Shown in pieces: positions 31,486 through 42,308 of a stretch of DNA of 64,000 nucleotides. Position 1 is the first letter of the stretch. Every line of letters starts with the position of its first letter. The notes under the pieces were generated by a model. The model saw only the letters and a program-made list of their open reading frames with translations. It ran no database searches and was not told the origin of the DNA. The position numbers and the translations under genes were made by a program. The stretch lies in NCBI GenBank assembly GCA_050011875.1, contig JBEKIG010000005.1:32001-96000 (forward strand). Direction: 5' to 3'. This stretch comes from Nitrososphaeria archaeon. GTDB taxonomy: Archaea > Thermoproteota > Nitrososphaeria > JACIWG01.

Positions 31486-32067
31486 TTACTTGTTCTCTAT
31501 GTGTTTGGTAGTATGATGTTCTTTTCGCCACACGTAAAAAGATATTATGATGCCTACTACTGTTATTATCGATCCTATGGCCATCATAGGATATATCAGA
31601 GGGTTAACATTCCAGCCGTACCATTCTTCAATGATATTAACATCCGCAGTCGTATTAACCGGTATCACGTTGTATATAACTAGATCATACTGGCCGCTTT
31701 GATTGATGTTTTTGACAAAGAAGGAGGTTGTGTTTCCAATACCGTACGCATGAAAAAAGAGGTAGTTAGGGCTCTGGTTGTTTTCTATCAAAGTCATATT
31801 AGAATTGTCAACCATTATTATGTCAAGAAAAAGGGGGTTTACCGTAGTGTTATAGACAATGGGAAGACTAAGATAAACCTCAAGTGTATGTGAAGGCGTC
31901 CAGTTATCTAATGTAAAACCAAGCACCGAACCTCCTTCGCTGTTAATTTCGGTGGACAGCCGGTAAAGCACCCTTCCATCCTTGCCATAGGCTAATGTAG
32001 CCAAAGGCGTAATTATCAGGATCAGAATCCCAACAACAAGTAATGGTATAGCGAATCTGTTTTTCAA
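31486..32067 (-). CDS. Hypothetical membrane protein (N- and C-terminal TM, GOLD-like domain)
   Basis: Two terminal hydrophobic helices around a beta-rich region (SGQYDLVIYN). Confidence 0.75.
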   Translation of the reverse strand: MKNRFAIPLLVVGILILIITPLATLAYGKDGRVLYRLSTEINSEGGSVLGFTLDNWTPSHTLEVYLSLPIVYNTTVNPLFLDIIMVDNSNMTLIENNQSPNYLFFHAYGIGNTTSFFVKNINQSGQYDLVIYNVIPVNTTADVNIIEEWYGWNVNPLIYPMMAIGSIITVVGIIISFYVWRKEHHTTKHIENK

Positions 32068-32076
32068 CGCAGGGAA

Positions 32077-32427
32077 TTATTCGACACACATTATATTAAC
32101 GTTTTTTTTAGAGTATGTTAAGACCAATTCCCAAACCTTGTAACTGCTTCTTCCCAGCTGGTTACCTATTTCCCTATAGCTCAAGCCCTTACTTCTAAGC
32201 TCGAGCGCCTTCCTTCTTAGCTCGTCGTCTCCCTTTTTCCTTGGCATGATAACGTTATATGATAACGTTATATAAGAACATTTTATAATAACGTTTGACA
32301 AAAAAACTGATGCCCAAATATATCCGTATGCCCGTTTATATCCGTCAGACATGAGCTCGTATATTCTGCTCCGTCTTAAACCGAAGTCCCTTTCAAGCTG
32401 CTTTATTATATCTGTGCTCTCCGTCAT
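32077..32427 (-). CDS. Small HTH protein(s); alternative start at 32247
   Basis: AGGAG SD before ATG 32427 (IIKQLERDFGLRRSRIYELM). Second HTH ALELRSKGLSYREIGNQLGRS from ATG 32247. Possibly truncated. Confidence 0.65.
   Translation of the reverse strand: MTESTDIIKQLERDFGLRRSRIYELMSDGYKRAYGYIWASVFLSNVIIKCSYITLSYNVIMPRKKGDDELRRKALELRSKGLSYREIGNQLGRSSYKVWELVLTYSKKNVNIMCVE
32249..32296. promoter_or_regulatory. ATAACGTTAT palindromic operator-like sites overlapping a TATA box
   Basis: Perfect copies at 32249 and 32262, a near-copy at 32288, and TTATATAA about 25 nt upstream of ATG 32247. Confidence 0.6.
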
Positions 32428-32492
32428 ACTCCTGTCCCTTTTGAGCGCTACTAACATAGGGTACCCTATTGTCCAGTTTGACAATTTTTAAA

Positions 32493-32560
32493 GTGATGGC
32501 GGATGATGGACGCTGATGATGGGTGTTGATTGTTGATTATGGCAGATGATGACTGATGAT
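32493..32560 (-). repeat. CATCA array homologous to 10281-10392
   Basis: The reverse complement shares ATCATCAGTCATCATC, ATCAACACCCrTCATCAGC and CAGCGTyCATC. Confidence 0.85.
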
Positions 32561-32690
32561 TTTTTCAAAACATAGCAGTTTTCATTGTTGCTTTTTGTTT
32601 ACCCACAGATGTTTGTATTTATTGAATTCTTTTTTTGAAAGAGGAACCTTTAACTTTTTATAATGATGTGCCTTTAGTAAGCCTCACCGT

Positions 32691-33875
32691 ATGCTACCTC
32701 AGGTCGCCGTAGTACATCCTTCCTTGAACTTTAGGGGGGGCGCTGAAAGGGTAGCAATAGCTATCATTCAGGCTTTGAAGGAGGAAGGGGCTACAGTATC
32801 GCTCGTTACCATAGACAGGACCGATTGGGGTGAGCTAAACAAGTATTTTGGAATAAAGACACAGGTTGACCGAGAATACTTTATCGACCCAAGCTTGAAC
32901 CTATCAAAATTGAGCATCAATCCCTTCAATGCTGGTTCACTTGTGATAAAGTTCATGTGGCTCGTTCGCTCTCTCAAATCAGATATTGTGGTAAACGCAT
33001 ATGGCGACTTGGACATATTAAACAATCTAGCTGATGTCGTATATGAAGGGATGCCCTATTCCCTAGCGAGAGAGTATAGGGGCATTATGCCGAAGATCAT
33101 GAAAAAGTGGTACACCCAGTTCGCGTACAATATTATGAACATATTGGTTCGCCAAGTAATGAGAAAGGACCCTGTTTTCATAGCCAACTCGAACTTTACA
33201 AAAGACATACTGGTCAAATCGTATAGAAGGAAATCAAGAATCTGTGTCGTCTACCCTCCCTGCAATACCGGAGAAATTAATCTCTCAGACAAGAAAAAGG
33301 ATATAGTTCTCAATATGTCAAGATTCTCCCCAGGAAAGAGCCTTGAAGCCATTCCGTATATAGCGCGAGAAACCGAGCGATGGAAGTATGTAATCACAGG
33401 CTCGACTAATGAGGGGTCTGATAATGTGGTCGCAAATCTGAGATTAAAGGCAAAAGAGCTTGGAGTAGCGGATCGTTTGGAAATATATTGTAATACACCG
33501 AGACAGGTGCTTTTGAGACTCATGTCTGAAGCTAAGGTATACCTAAGTACTATGAAGAATGAAATGTTCGGGATATCCATAGTGGAGGCGATGTCCTCAG
33601 GCTGCGTGCCAATAGTTCACAGGTCTGGAGGACCATGGAAGGATGTCTTGGAAGAAAGACAGGGATACTGCGGTTACAGTTATAGCGGATATAATGAAGT
33701 AGCCGGCTTTGTCCGACTTCTGTCAGACGATCAGCTCTTCAGCACGATGTCAGCTCGGTCCAGAGAAAGGGCACAATCCTTCGGACCGGGCGTCTTTAGA
33801 GAAAGGTTCATTCAAGAGTTCAAGAAGGTTTTGGAAGCAAAATATCATGCGAATATGAAGAGTTCTACTAAATAG
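32691..33875 (+). CDS. GT4 glycosyltransferase (ALG11-like)
   Basis: GGAERV, ANSNFT, VYPP, EMFGISIVEAM, HRSGGP. Confidence 0.9.
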   Translation: MLPQVAVVHPSLNFRGGAERVAIAIIQALKEEGATVSLVTIDRTDWGELNKYFGIKTQVDREYFIDPSLNLSKLSINPFNAGSLVIKFMWLVRSLKSDIVVNAYGDLDILNNLADVVYEGMPYSLAREYRGIMPKIMKKWYTQFAYNIMNILVRQVMRKDPVFIANSNFTKDILVKSYRRKSRICVVYPPCNTGEINLSDKKKDIVLNMSRFSPGKSLEAIPYIARETERWKYVITGSTNEGSDNVVANLRLKAKELGVADRLEIYCNTPRQVLLRLMSEAKVYLSTMKNEMFGISIVEAMSSGCVPIVHRSGGPWKDVLEERQGYCGYSYSGYNEVAGFVRLLSDDQLFSTMSARSRERAQSFGPGVFRERFIQEFKKVLEAKYHANMKSSTK

Positions 33876-33884
33876 GTGAGATCA

Positions 33885-36101
33885 TCATCCAACATTCTTT
33901 TCCCCCTTGGACCTTTTCGGATATTCTTTGAAAATAAAGTATATTGCGGCTGAAACAAAAGCTAACGATATGACGATGGAGGCCATATATTCGATAGAAG
34001 GCCTAAAATCCCTCTGTATGAACACCTCATAGCTTACCTCTTCGCTGTTTTGAGCGTATAAAATTACATTCTTTCCTCCTCCCACATGTATTCCGTTCAA
34101 CCTTATGGTCGCGGATGCGTTATCTGCCATGAAGATATCAAAAGCTATAAGCGATATTTGGTCATTAAGCAGGTTCGAGTGACCGTTTATGTCCTTCGTC
34201 TGCGATGTAAGAACAAAGCCTTCTGGTGCGTTAAATGTGTATACCCATTGGTCCGTATCGTCATAGACGTCCAACCAAACCTTGGAAACATTTCCTTCGA
34301 GTATTTGGTAGTCAAAGGTCAAATTGAAATCTTTGCCTACATGTGCCATAATAGGGTACGCCATCCTGATCATACTACCATTTTTCGTACCCATGTCATG
34401 CAATTGAATGATTAAACTGGAATTCTCGCTTGTCATGTTGACGTCTAGGTTGCCTCCCCAATTTGTCACTCTGAACGGTATGTTGGGGGTTCCCAGTGAT
34501 AATGCCAGGTTGTACGAACTTGAATTGGCTCTAAAGAAGAGAAGGCTCTGGTTAAAGGAGCCTTCTAGGTTAATGGGGTTTACAGTGCCCTCCTCGATTT
34601 GTGTATCCGAAGGAGTGATCGTAGGTTCCACTAGATTATTTGTAAGCAGTTTAACCATTATGTAATCGCCCTTTTCTAGCCCATCAATCTTCAAAATGCT
34701 GGCCTCTGAATGTGATAGGTTCAGACTACCACTGATGGTCCTAAAACTTTCGTCACTAACGGAATAGTTGTAGAGGATTCCTAGACCCAAAGATGCAAAG
34801 AGCAGAGCAGACAGTAACATGGCTACAACTTTTCGACTTCTCAGAAACCCCAAATATCCTATCAGGCTTCCGATAAAATCCCTGACCGGTTCAAAACTGT
34901 AATTCAAGCTTGTCAAACCCTTGATGAGCAGAAATGCCAAGACCACACTCCTGAGCATTATGCCAGAAACAAGTAGTTCAAGGTGCTCGTTTCTCAAGAA
35001 TTCAAGAGCGATGGATTGGCTTGACCAAGACAGTATCTGCATGATATGGCCAATTTCGACGGGGATCAAATAGGTCAGTGGATTACCAGAACTTGCAAGT
35101 AGCACAAAGAATTGGGTCGAAACCGAAAACTGTGTACTGTACCCCTTGAAGAAAAATATGTAAGCAATGTAAAGTAGGCCAGATAGCTGTAAAAGGCTCA
35201 TTTTCTCATTCATATACGCGAAAATTAGCAACAGAATCGCTAAAATCTGCATCAGGGTGAGGAAATCAGGAAGCCAGTTAAGCCTCCAACTGTAGAGGGC
35301 GTTGTCATAAGGACTTGGACTGTATATCTTGAGAAAGTTGAATTGGTAAAAGAACTTGTCGAAGTAGGAATGCATTATACCTCCGGTACTAAAAAAGCCA
35401 TCGAGAAGAGCCCAGACAGTTTCCCATGGACCCCTTGACCCAATATTTGTGAAAGTTGAAAGGTATGAAAATGGGCTTAGGAGGGCAAATGGGAGGCTGA
35501 CGGTCGCCAAAGACGCAAAGGTGGCTACTAAAAGTTTCAGTTTGTCCCTGAAACCTTTAAACATAAATAAGGCAGGTATAACGAGCAAAATCGGATAACC
35601 CTTCCCTAGGGTCCCCAGTGCGATGAACAGGCCCGATAGCGCAGGCTTTTTCTTGAGCATCATATATATTGCTAAGGCCGCAGGCAACAATGAAATTATG
35701 TCATTGGAATAGGTATTGGCCATGATAACTGATGGAAGAGTGGCATAGTATAGTGCCGTCGTTAGAGACTTTTTTTCCCCAAACTCTAAATTCAAGATGG
35801 AGTACAGAACGAAAAATGTTCCAACTAGGAATGCGCCATTGACGGCTCTTAGAGCGTAGAAAAAGAGATTCTCATTTCCCTTAAACAACGCATAAAGCGG
35901 CATGTACACCAAAAGACCTAATGGAGGGTATCCCTCCCTTGTGTCGATATAAGGTAGCGCCTTGTGTGTACCCAAGTAGGAAAAGATATTATACCATTCA
36001 TTCTGAAGGCTAACTGGAAGAGAATATAGTACCAAGATGGACACTGAATAAGCAATGATCACAAGATACCTCGTTCTCGCGCTCAATGCCCCTTCCATCA
36101 T
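33885..36101 (-). CDS. GT-C-fold membrane glycosyltransferase (GT87/DUF2029-like) with extracellular domain
   Basis: PY.D..YPP, ND, LGKGYP, polytopic N-terminal half. Confidence 0.75.
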   Translation of the reverse strand: MMEGALSARTRYLVIIAYSVSILVLYSLPVSLQNEWYNIFSYLGTHKALPYIDTREGYPPLGLLVYMPLYALFKGNENLFFYALRAVNGAFLVGTFFVLYSILNLEFGEKKSLTTALYYATLPSVIMANTYSNDIISLLPAALAIYMMLKKKPALSGLFIALGTLGKGYPILLVIPALFMFKGFRDKLKLLVATFASLATVSLPFALLSPFSYLSTFTNIGSRGPWETVWALLDGFFSTGGIMHSYFDKFFYQFNFLKIYSPSPYDNALYSWRLNWLPDFLTLMQILAILLLIFAYMNEKMSLLQLSGLLYIAYIFFFKGYSTQFSVSTQFFVLLASSGNPLTYLIPVEIGHIMQILSWSSQSIALEFLRNEHLELLVSGIMLRSVVLAFLLIKGLTSLNYSFEPVRDFIGSLIGYLGFLRSRKVVAMLLSALLFASLGLGILYNYSVSDESFRTISGSLNLSHSEASILKIDGLEKGDYIMVKLLTNNLVEPTITPSDTQIEEGTVNPINLEGSFNQSLLFFRANSSSYNLALSLGTPNIPFRVTNWGGNLDVNMTSENSSLIIQLHDMGTKNGSMIRMAYPIMAHVGKDFNLTFDYQILEGNVSKVWLDVYDDTDQWVYTFNAPEGFVLTSQTKDINGHSNLLNDQISLIAFDIFMADNASATIRLNGIHVGGGKNVILYAQNSEEVSYEVFIQRDFRPSIEYMASIVISLAFVSAAIYFIFKEYPKRSKGEKNVG

Positions 36102-36189
36102 AACAATAGTCTTACAAACTAAAGATAAATAATTATATTATTAATTATCAAGTAAAGTTCATAAGACTATTCTGTTTGAGTGTTGAAGG

Positions 36190-38202
36190 ATGGTACAAGT
36201 TTTCAGCGAGGAATGGCTTAACAAAAGGATATGGAAACTTACTATATCTGAGTATATTGTAATTATCATCACTCTTTTGTACGGTATCATCTTTTCGTAC
36301 TATACTATATTGAGGAATCTCTCATTTAGAAGTAACGCTTGGGATCTCGGCATAATGGTTCAATCCATTGCTAGTGCGGCAAAAGGGCAGTTGTTCATCA
36401 ACCATGTTGAACTCTATTATTCAACTACAGGCAGCTATTTTGGAGTTCACTTCTCCCCAATTCTATTCGCAGTCGTGCCTTTTTTCTATCTAGTTCCAAA
36501 AGTCGAAACAGTACTCATTGTACAAGCATTTGCTTTGGCTTTGGGAGCCATACCTGTCTACTTGATTGCCAGACATGATTTCAAAATGCAGTTCCCTGCC
36601 TTAGCGATTTCAGCCGTATACCTTCTCAGTCCTTCGTTGCAGGGGATTAATTGGTATGACTTTCACCCTGAAGCCTTCCTTCCATTATTTATTCTCTTAG
36701 CTACTTATTTCCTGAAAAAGCGAAAGCCTCTTTTGTTTCTGCTCGGTATTATATTATCTTTAACGACGCTTGAGCAAGCATCATATTTTGTGGCTCTTTA
36801 CGCCGTCTATGTATTTTGGGAAGTAAGAAGTGAACTCAAAGAATCAATCCTCCAGAAAAAGATTAAGCTGTTTTCGCTTGCGCCTCTATTGGTTTTTGTG
36901 ATGGCTATTTCTTGGGCCATTTTCTCAGGTGCTGTTATGAAAGTCATCAACCCCAATCCTCCTTTCGAACTCGAGGCTCTTTCAAATTTCAGTATACTTA
37001 ACGTAAATAGTCTCTTGGAAGTACCGGTAAAAGTGATAACAAATCCTGACCTAGCACTGAACGCCATCCGTTTCGACTTCCCCAACAAAATGCTTTACAT
37101 TATATTGACTTTCGCGCCAAGCGGTTGCATTTCTTTGCTCTCACCTTTCGCCCTATTACCTTCAATTCCTTGGCTCGTTCTATCTATTCTCAGCAATTAT
37201 CCACCTTACTACGAATTTGGCTTCCAGTATCTCGTGTTCACATTGCCATTTGTTACAATAGCAACTATAGAAGGAGCAAAACGGCTATCTGATAGCACTA
37301 ACGAAGAATCGACAAAAAGGGTTTTGAAAAAAGTGTCAGTGTTGCTGCTTGCGCTTGGCATCATTTTGGCGGTATTCGTCTCCCCTCTATCTTTCCTTTA
37401 TAAACCAGGTAATTACGCGTACTTTAGAGACTATGGTATTTCCACCCCCTCTTTGGCAGAAAATGAAGTTGGTGAGGTTTTGAGTCTTGTCCCTAAGGAC
37501 GCATTAATAATTACCACAGGAACGGTCTTTCCGCAATTATCAACAGACACGAACGCCTACATACTACCGGCTGCAAATTTCCCTTCACCAAGACTTTACA
37601 ACTCTAATCTTGAGTACCTTAAAACTATAAAATACGATTACATCTTCATTACATATCTCTGGGATAGTGATGTGTCTAATGTTCTATATCAAGAATTCGT
37701 AAACAATGCTTATGGGCTAACGATCAAAGGCCCTGGACTGGAACTCTATAAAAGAGGATACACTGGTGCTCCCATAAACATCGCTTTGAAGTTTTCAAGC
37801 AGTGAACTGAGTCTAACGAATCAGAGCATAGTGGCTGAAGATGCATCTTCTGAGAGCGGAAACGTAATCTTATACCAACCATCATCTTCAGCAAATGGAA
37901 ATGCTTGGTATGGACCTTATGTTACTCTAGTACCAGGTAACTATACTGCCAACTTTAGGATAAAATTTGACAGCATACCAAGTGGAAAGATCATGAAACT
38001 CGATGTTTCCTCGATGTCTGGCAGTAATGAGCTAGGTTCACTCGAAATTTATGGTAGTAACATTACTATGCCATTTACCTGGTATACATTCTCGATATCC
38101 TTCAGTGTAGGAGCGAGGACTCCCAACGTTGAATTCAGAGGGTTTGACATAGCCGCCAACGTGGGATTGTCTCTAGACTATGTTGAGGTTGTACCCCTAT
38201 GA
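36190..38202 (+). CDS. DUF2079-family membrane protein with C-terminal beta-sandwich
   Basis: AWDLGI..Q, YFGVHFSPIL, DFHPE, FQY, and C-terminal YGPYVTL.PG.Y. Confidence 0.85.
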   Translation: MVQVFSEEWLNKRIWKLTISEYIVIIITLLYGIIFSYYTILRNLSFRSNAWDLGIMVQSIASAAKGQLFINHVELYYSTTGSYFGVHFSPILFAVVPFFYLVPKVETVLIVQAFALALGAIPVYLIARHDFKMQFPALAISAVYLLSPSLQGINWYDFHPEAFLPLFILLATYFLKKRKPLLFLLGIILSLTTLEQASYFVALYAVYVFWEVRSELKESILQKKIKLFSLAPLLVFVMAISWAIFSGAVMKVINPNPPFELEALSNFSILNVNSLLEVPVKVITNPDLALNAIRFDFPNKMLYIILTFAPSGCISLLSPFALLPSIPWLVLSILSNYPPYYEFGFQYLVFTLPFVTIATIEGAKRLSDSTNEESTKRVLKKVSVLLLALGIILAVFVSPLSFLYKPGNYAYFRDYGISTPSLAENEVGEVLSLVPKDALIITTGTVFPQLSTDTNAYILPAANFPSPRLYNSNLEYLKTIKYDYIFITYLWDSDVSNVLYQEFVNNAYGLTIKGPGLELYKRGYTGAPINIALKFSSSELSLTNQSIVAEDASSESGNVILYQPSSSANGNAWYGPYVTLVPGNYTANFRIKFDSIPSGKIMKLDVSSMSGSNELGSLEIYGSNITMPFTWYTFSISFSVGARTPNVEFRGFDIAANVGLSLDYVEVVPL

Positions 38203-38246
38203 ACAACCTGAAGATAATAGTTAACCTTAGAGGTGAATATTAGGAA

Positions 38247-39773
38247 ATGAAGGAAGGAAATAAGAAATATTTTAATTTTAACTATTATGACTTGCTTATA
38301 ATTGTGATCACTCTCCTTCTTTTTACCTCAGGTTTCACAATATATTGGACAAACAAACCGGCTTCACCATCCTTTAGCATCGGGGAAGTAACTTTCAAGC
38401 TGAGCGAAGTCCAAAGAACTATTTCATTCAATGTTACAGCGCAAAGGGGTATGATAGAACTAAAAGAAGTGTCCATCAACAATGTAACTGTTGGATGGAA
38501 TGCGGACAAGGCCATAGTAGGACAAGGCCAGACTGCAAATTGCTCTATAGAATATAATTGGAAATCAGGTGAATACTATGACATAGAGCTTACAACTGTT
38601 GATGATAGATCCGCAGAATCAGTAGCAAGAGCTCCTGTGATAGTTCAGAATATCAGCCTTGATGTAGAGAATGTAAATTTGACCCTTAACTCAGGTTCTC
38701 TCACGGTTACAGCCAACTATGAAGTCCAAGGCAATGGCACGAACAACATTCAGATGCTCCTTTTCTCCTACCAGTCTTTCGAGGAGAGCAATAGGAGTCT
38801 GTATATATTTTATGACCCTGAATATATGACCAATGAAAGCTTGAATAGAGCAGAAACCATTGTAAATTACTTTGAAGGCTATGGGATAGTCATAAATAAA
38901 GCAGACTACAATGACCTTGAACAGTTGGCTCAAAGAGAGGAGAATATAATTCTAATTTTAGTAGACCCACTGAAGAGTAACAATGGGAATAGTCTTACGA
39001 ACGCAATACCGGCTCCACTAGTGGACCCAAACAATACAGACAGTGGATACTTATCGAATGAATCGAAGTACGGTAGATCTTTTCTATATGATTGGATGAA
39101 CGACAAAGGATTAGTTCTTGTTACAATCGGCTCCAGCGAACCATACAAGAGAATATTATACAGCGATGGGGTTTATACCTATGCCAAGGATTCAGTACAA
39201 CCCTTTGACGCCGATAAATTCTTAACAAATTCGTCCGGTAAGGCAAGTATCATAAAAGGCGACTACATGATGAGCGATTACAATCCAGTGAGAATAGACG
39301 GCACATTGGGTTTATCCTATCGAGACTCATACTCTAAATTTGACAAAGATGCGATGGCAATAGATGGTTTGGAATATTATGCCTATGGGGACTATAGTAT
39401 GCCAAAATCGCAGGGTAATCTTAACCTCACTTTGCCCGTCTTCATCAAGGTTGGCTCAGGCGGTTGGTTGGCAATGGGCGACGATGAATACTACCTATTA
39501 GATCAAAGCCTTGCCCACGACTTTTTCATGCTGTATTTGCAATCCGTATGGGATTCTTCTTGGATACCATTCGGCTTGTACTGGGATAGTGGAGGCACTT
39601 TCGTCACCAACAATTATGGAATAATAAAAATGAACGGAACATTAGAAACAGAAGCTATTCCATCAGCCTTGCTAGATAACGGAATCACCATAAGGATCAT
39701 CGCCGTCGCCCAATCAACAGAACTCAACAAAGGGGTTGTGGTTGAGCAGACATCTCAATATAATCTTCCATAA
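38247..39773 (+). CDS. Hypothetical membrane-anchored extracellular protein
   Basis: N-terminal TM, sequon-rich 508-aa ORF in an operon with the DUF2079 gene. Confidence 0.75.
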   Translation: MKEGNKKYFNFNYYDLLIIVITLLLFTSGFTIYWTNKPASPSFSIGEVTFKLSEVQRTISFNVTAQRGMIELKEVSINNVTVGWNADKAIVGQGQTANCSIEYNWKSGEYYDIELTTVDDRSAESVARAPVIVQNISLDVENVNLTLNSGSLTVTANYEVQGNGTNNIQMLLFSYQSFEESNRSLYIFYDPEYMTNESLNRAETIVNYFEGYGIVINKADYNDLEQLAQREENIILILVDPLKSNNGNSLTNAIPAPLVDPNNTDSGYLSNESKYGRSFLYDWMNDKGLVLVTIGSSEPYKRILYSDGVYTYAKDSVQPFDADKFLTNSSGKASIIKGDYMMSDYNPVRIDGTLGLSYRDSYSKFDKDAMAIDGLEYYAYGDYSMPKSQGNLNLTLPVFIKVGSGGWLAMGDDEYYLLDQSLAHDFFMLYLQSVWDSSWIPFGLYWDSGGTFVTNNYGIIKMNGTLETEAIPSALLDNGITIRIIAVAQSTELNKGVVVEQTSQYNLP

Positions 39774-39866
39774 GGGTACAATTATACATCGATGAACCTG
39801 CACACAATCAGCCAAGAATCAGATCCCCTATTTGGATTTGAAGGGAATACTACGATTTGATTGCTC

Positions 39867-40964
39867 TCAATTCAGGGTGTCGTTTATCAGTTTCTCCCAA
39901 CTGTCTGCTATAACTCTACTACCAAACGAGGCAGCTCTTTTGACACATTCAGAGCTCATACTGACAGGATAACCTTCCTTCCAAACTCGTAGGCCTTTTT
40001 GGACGATCTCCTTTTCATCTCTGCATAGCCAGCCTGTCACACCGTTCAGTACGCTCTCTCTTGGTCCTTGTCTGTCATAGGTGAGCACGGGTGTACCACA
40101 GGCCATGCTTTCTATTGGCACGTAGCCGAATACTTCATCTGTAAACGGAAAGACTGTGAATAGAGCATTAGAGTACAGGCTGAGGAGCTCTGGCGAGCTC
40201 ACTCTGCCAACCAACTCTATATTAGGGTGTTCCAAGATATCGTGCTCTAAGCTCTTAATCTTGCTTCCGAACATCTTTATTCTTATTCCTGCTTCGGCAA
40301 GTTTTCTGAGCGTGCTCGCTTCTGTCTCCTTTCCAAGATACGAAATCGCGTAGTCCCTGCTCGGCCTTCTAGCAGTTGGTCTGAAGAGATCCAAGTCTAA
40401 GGGAGGATATATTACGGCGTCAACCCTGAGATTCGCGTTCCTGTAAGAATCGAAGCAGTAATTTGAATTCGCAACCACAAACTTTGATTTGTTTATCTCT
40501 TTAATGAACTTGCTATCACCCCATTGTAGAACTGGTTTACAAAGGGCATATGCTAGCTTTAAGCTAGGAGAGAAGCTGGAAGAAATATTTCCGACAGTAG
40601 TCGTTACTGTGCCTGATAAATACCACAAGTCCGAAGTCTTAAGTATTGTACCGGAAAAATTGATTAGGCATTCACCCTTTAGAGATCTTTCCTCGACCGA
40701 TCTTCTATTGGAGCCCAGAAACGCCTCCTTAAGCCAAGTCTCTATCCAAACATAGGAGCTCGACTTACTCCTTGTCCTCTTTCCTAAGCTAACTGCTTCT
40801 ACACCACCAATATCAAGCATTCCTTCTATTTCTTTCGAAATAAGTGGAGACACTAAGCTTACTTCGTATCCTTTTTTCTGAAGCTCGAGACCGATGAGTA
40901 TCGGAGGCCTCGATGGTCCATAATCGTCTAATAAAGGATCCGATAATAGGATGAGCCTTGGCAA
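39867..40964 (-). CDS. GT4 glycosyltransferase
   Basis: VANS, VIYPP, EVFGYVPIESMACGTPV. Confidence 0.9.
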   Translation of the reverse strand: MPRLILLSDPLLDDYGPSRPPILIGLELQKKGYEVSLVSPLISKEIEGMLDIGGVEAVSLGKRTRSKSSSYVWIETWLKEAFLGSNRRSVEERSLKGECLINFSGTILKTSDLWYLSGTVTTTVGNISSSFSPSLKLAYALCKPVLQWGDSKFIKEINKSKFVVANSNYCFDSYRNANLRVDAVIYPPLDLDLFRPTARRPSRDYAISYLGKETEASTLRKLAEAGIRIKMFGSKIKSLEHDILEHPNIELVGRVSSPELLSLYSNALFTVFPFTDEVFGYVPIESMACGTPVLTYDRQGPRESVLNGVTGWLCRDEKEIVQKGLRVWKEGYPVSMSSECVKRAASFGSRVIADSWEKLINDTLN

Positions 40965-41122
40965 TTAGTATCTCCCGACACATTGAATTATTACTTCAAC
41001 TTAATAAGATTTTATTTTAAATCTCATAAGAAATTAAGATTATTATTGAAAGTGTTACAAAGCTAAAGAAGAGTAAAAGTAATCAAAGAGCTCGAACTTT
41101 GTACGAATCCTGTTAAGAAAGT

Positions 41123-42145
41123 CTAGATCAAATCTTCGTAGACTTCTATATATTTCTTGGCGACATTTTGCCAACCATATTTTTCTGCCAACACCTTCCC
41201 TTTGATTACATATTCGTCTCTTGTTGATTTATTTCTTAAAGCTAGTAGGGCATCCCTAATCCCGCCTGAATCCCTAGGCTTAACCAAAACACCGAATTCT
41301 CCGACCACATCCCTGAGGCCTGGAAGATCTGATGCGACCACAGCACATCCTGCGGCGGCTGCTTCAAGCGTAACAAGGCCAAAGGCCTCATTTACACTGA
41401 CGCTAGGCAGTACTAGTACATCACTACTGAGATACATCTGTCCTAGTACTTCATCTGATACTGCACCATAGAAGTGGATATTATTCAGCTCATGTTTCTT
41501 CACATAACTTTCGTAGTTTATCCTATCGGGTCCGTCACCGATCACATTTAGTTCTCCCTCCACACCCGTCATAGAATCTAAAAGCACTTTAAGACCTTTG
41601 TAGGGCCTCATCTGACCCACGAACAGGATCCTATAATTTTGATGCCGCTTCCTACTGCCGGAGAACATGTTAAAATCCACTCCCCATGGAATAAGATATT
41701 TTCTCGGATTGCTTCGCACCATATCATAGTATGATCTGGACGTAACTACAACCGCGTCAGAAAACTTCAGCATAATGTTGTTTGAAAGACTGTTATATAG
41801 CAAGCCTATAGGTTTAAGGTAATAGTCTACAAGACAGTGAAGTGTGTAAACAATTTTCTTATTTGATGCCCTTGACTTTAGGAACAGAACATCGGAGAAC
41901 ATTGGAGTATGGCCATGGATATTTATAATATCATAATCGCCCTTTATGTAACTATCTAAACTGCGTGTACTTGTGACAAATTTCATCTCACCAATCATTT
42001 TACACCCACAATCTTGTGCTGAAGCGACAGTTACATCGTGTCCATTCTTCATGAGCTCTTCGGTAAGCCTGCTTATTGCCCTTGAGAAACCACTTTTTAC
42101 GGGTGGCTTTTCACTAATCAAATGGAGTATTTTCAACCGTCTCAC
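41123..42145 (-). CDS. GT4 glycosyltransferase
   Basis: LFVG..YKG, EAFGLVTLEAAAAG. Confidence 0.9.
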   Translation of the reverse strand: MRRLKILHLISEKPPVKSGFSRAISRLTEELMKNGHDVTVASAQDCGCKMIGEMKFVTSTRSLDSYIKGDYDIINIHGHTPMFSDVLFLKSRASNKKIVYTLHCLVDYYLKPIGLLYNSLSNNIMLKFSDAVVVTSRSYYDMVRSNPRKYLIPWGVDFNMFSGSRKRHQNYRILFVGQMRPYKGLKVLLDSMTGVEGELNVIGDGPDRINYESYVKKHELNNIHFYGAVSDEVLGQMYLSSDVLVLPSVSVNEAFGLVTLEAAAAGCAVVASDLPGLRDVVGEFGVLVKPRDSGGIRDALLALRNKSTRDEYVIKGKVLAEKYGWQNVAKKYIEVYEDLI

Positions 42146-42308
42146 CTTAAGCTACCATTCACTAGTAATTATTGTTGTCGTATATAGATTTTTATCTAAA
42201 ATTAAATTTACAATTCATTATTGTTAAAGCAAATTGTAAATTATATGTTTACAGTTGTATCAATGATGATCAGTTGTTATTGGTGGCATCCTGAGTAGGT
42301 TAGAAGAG

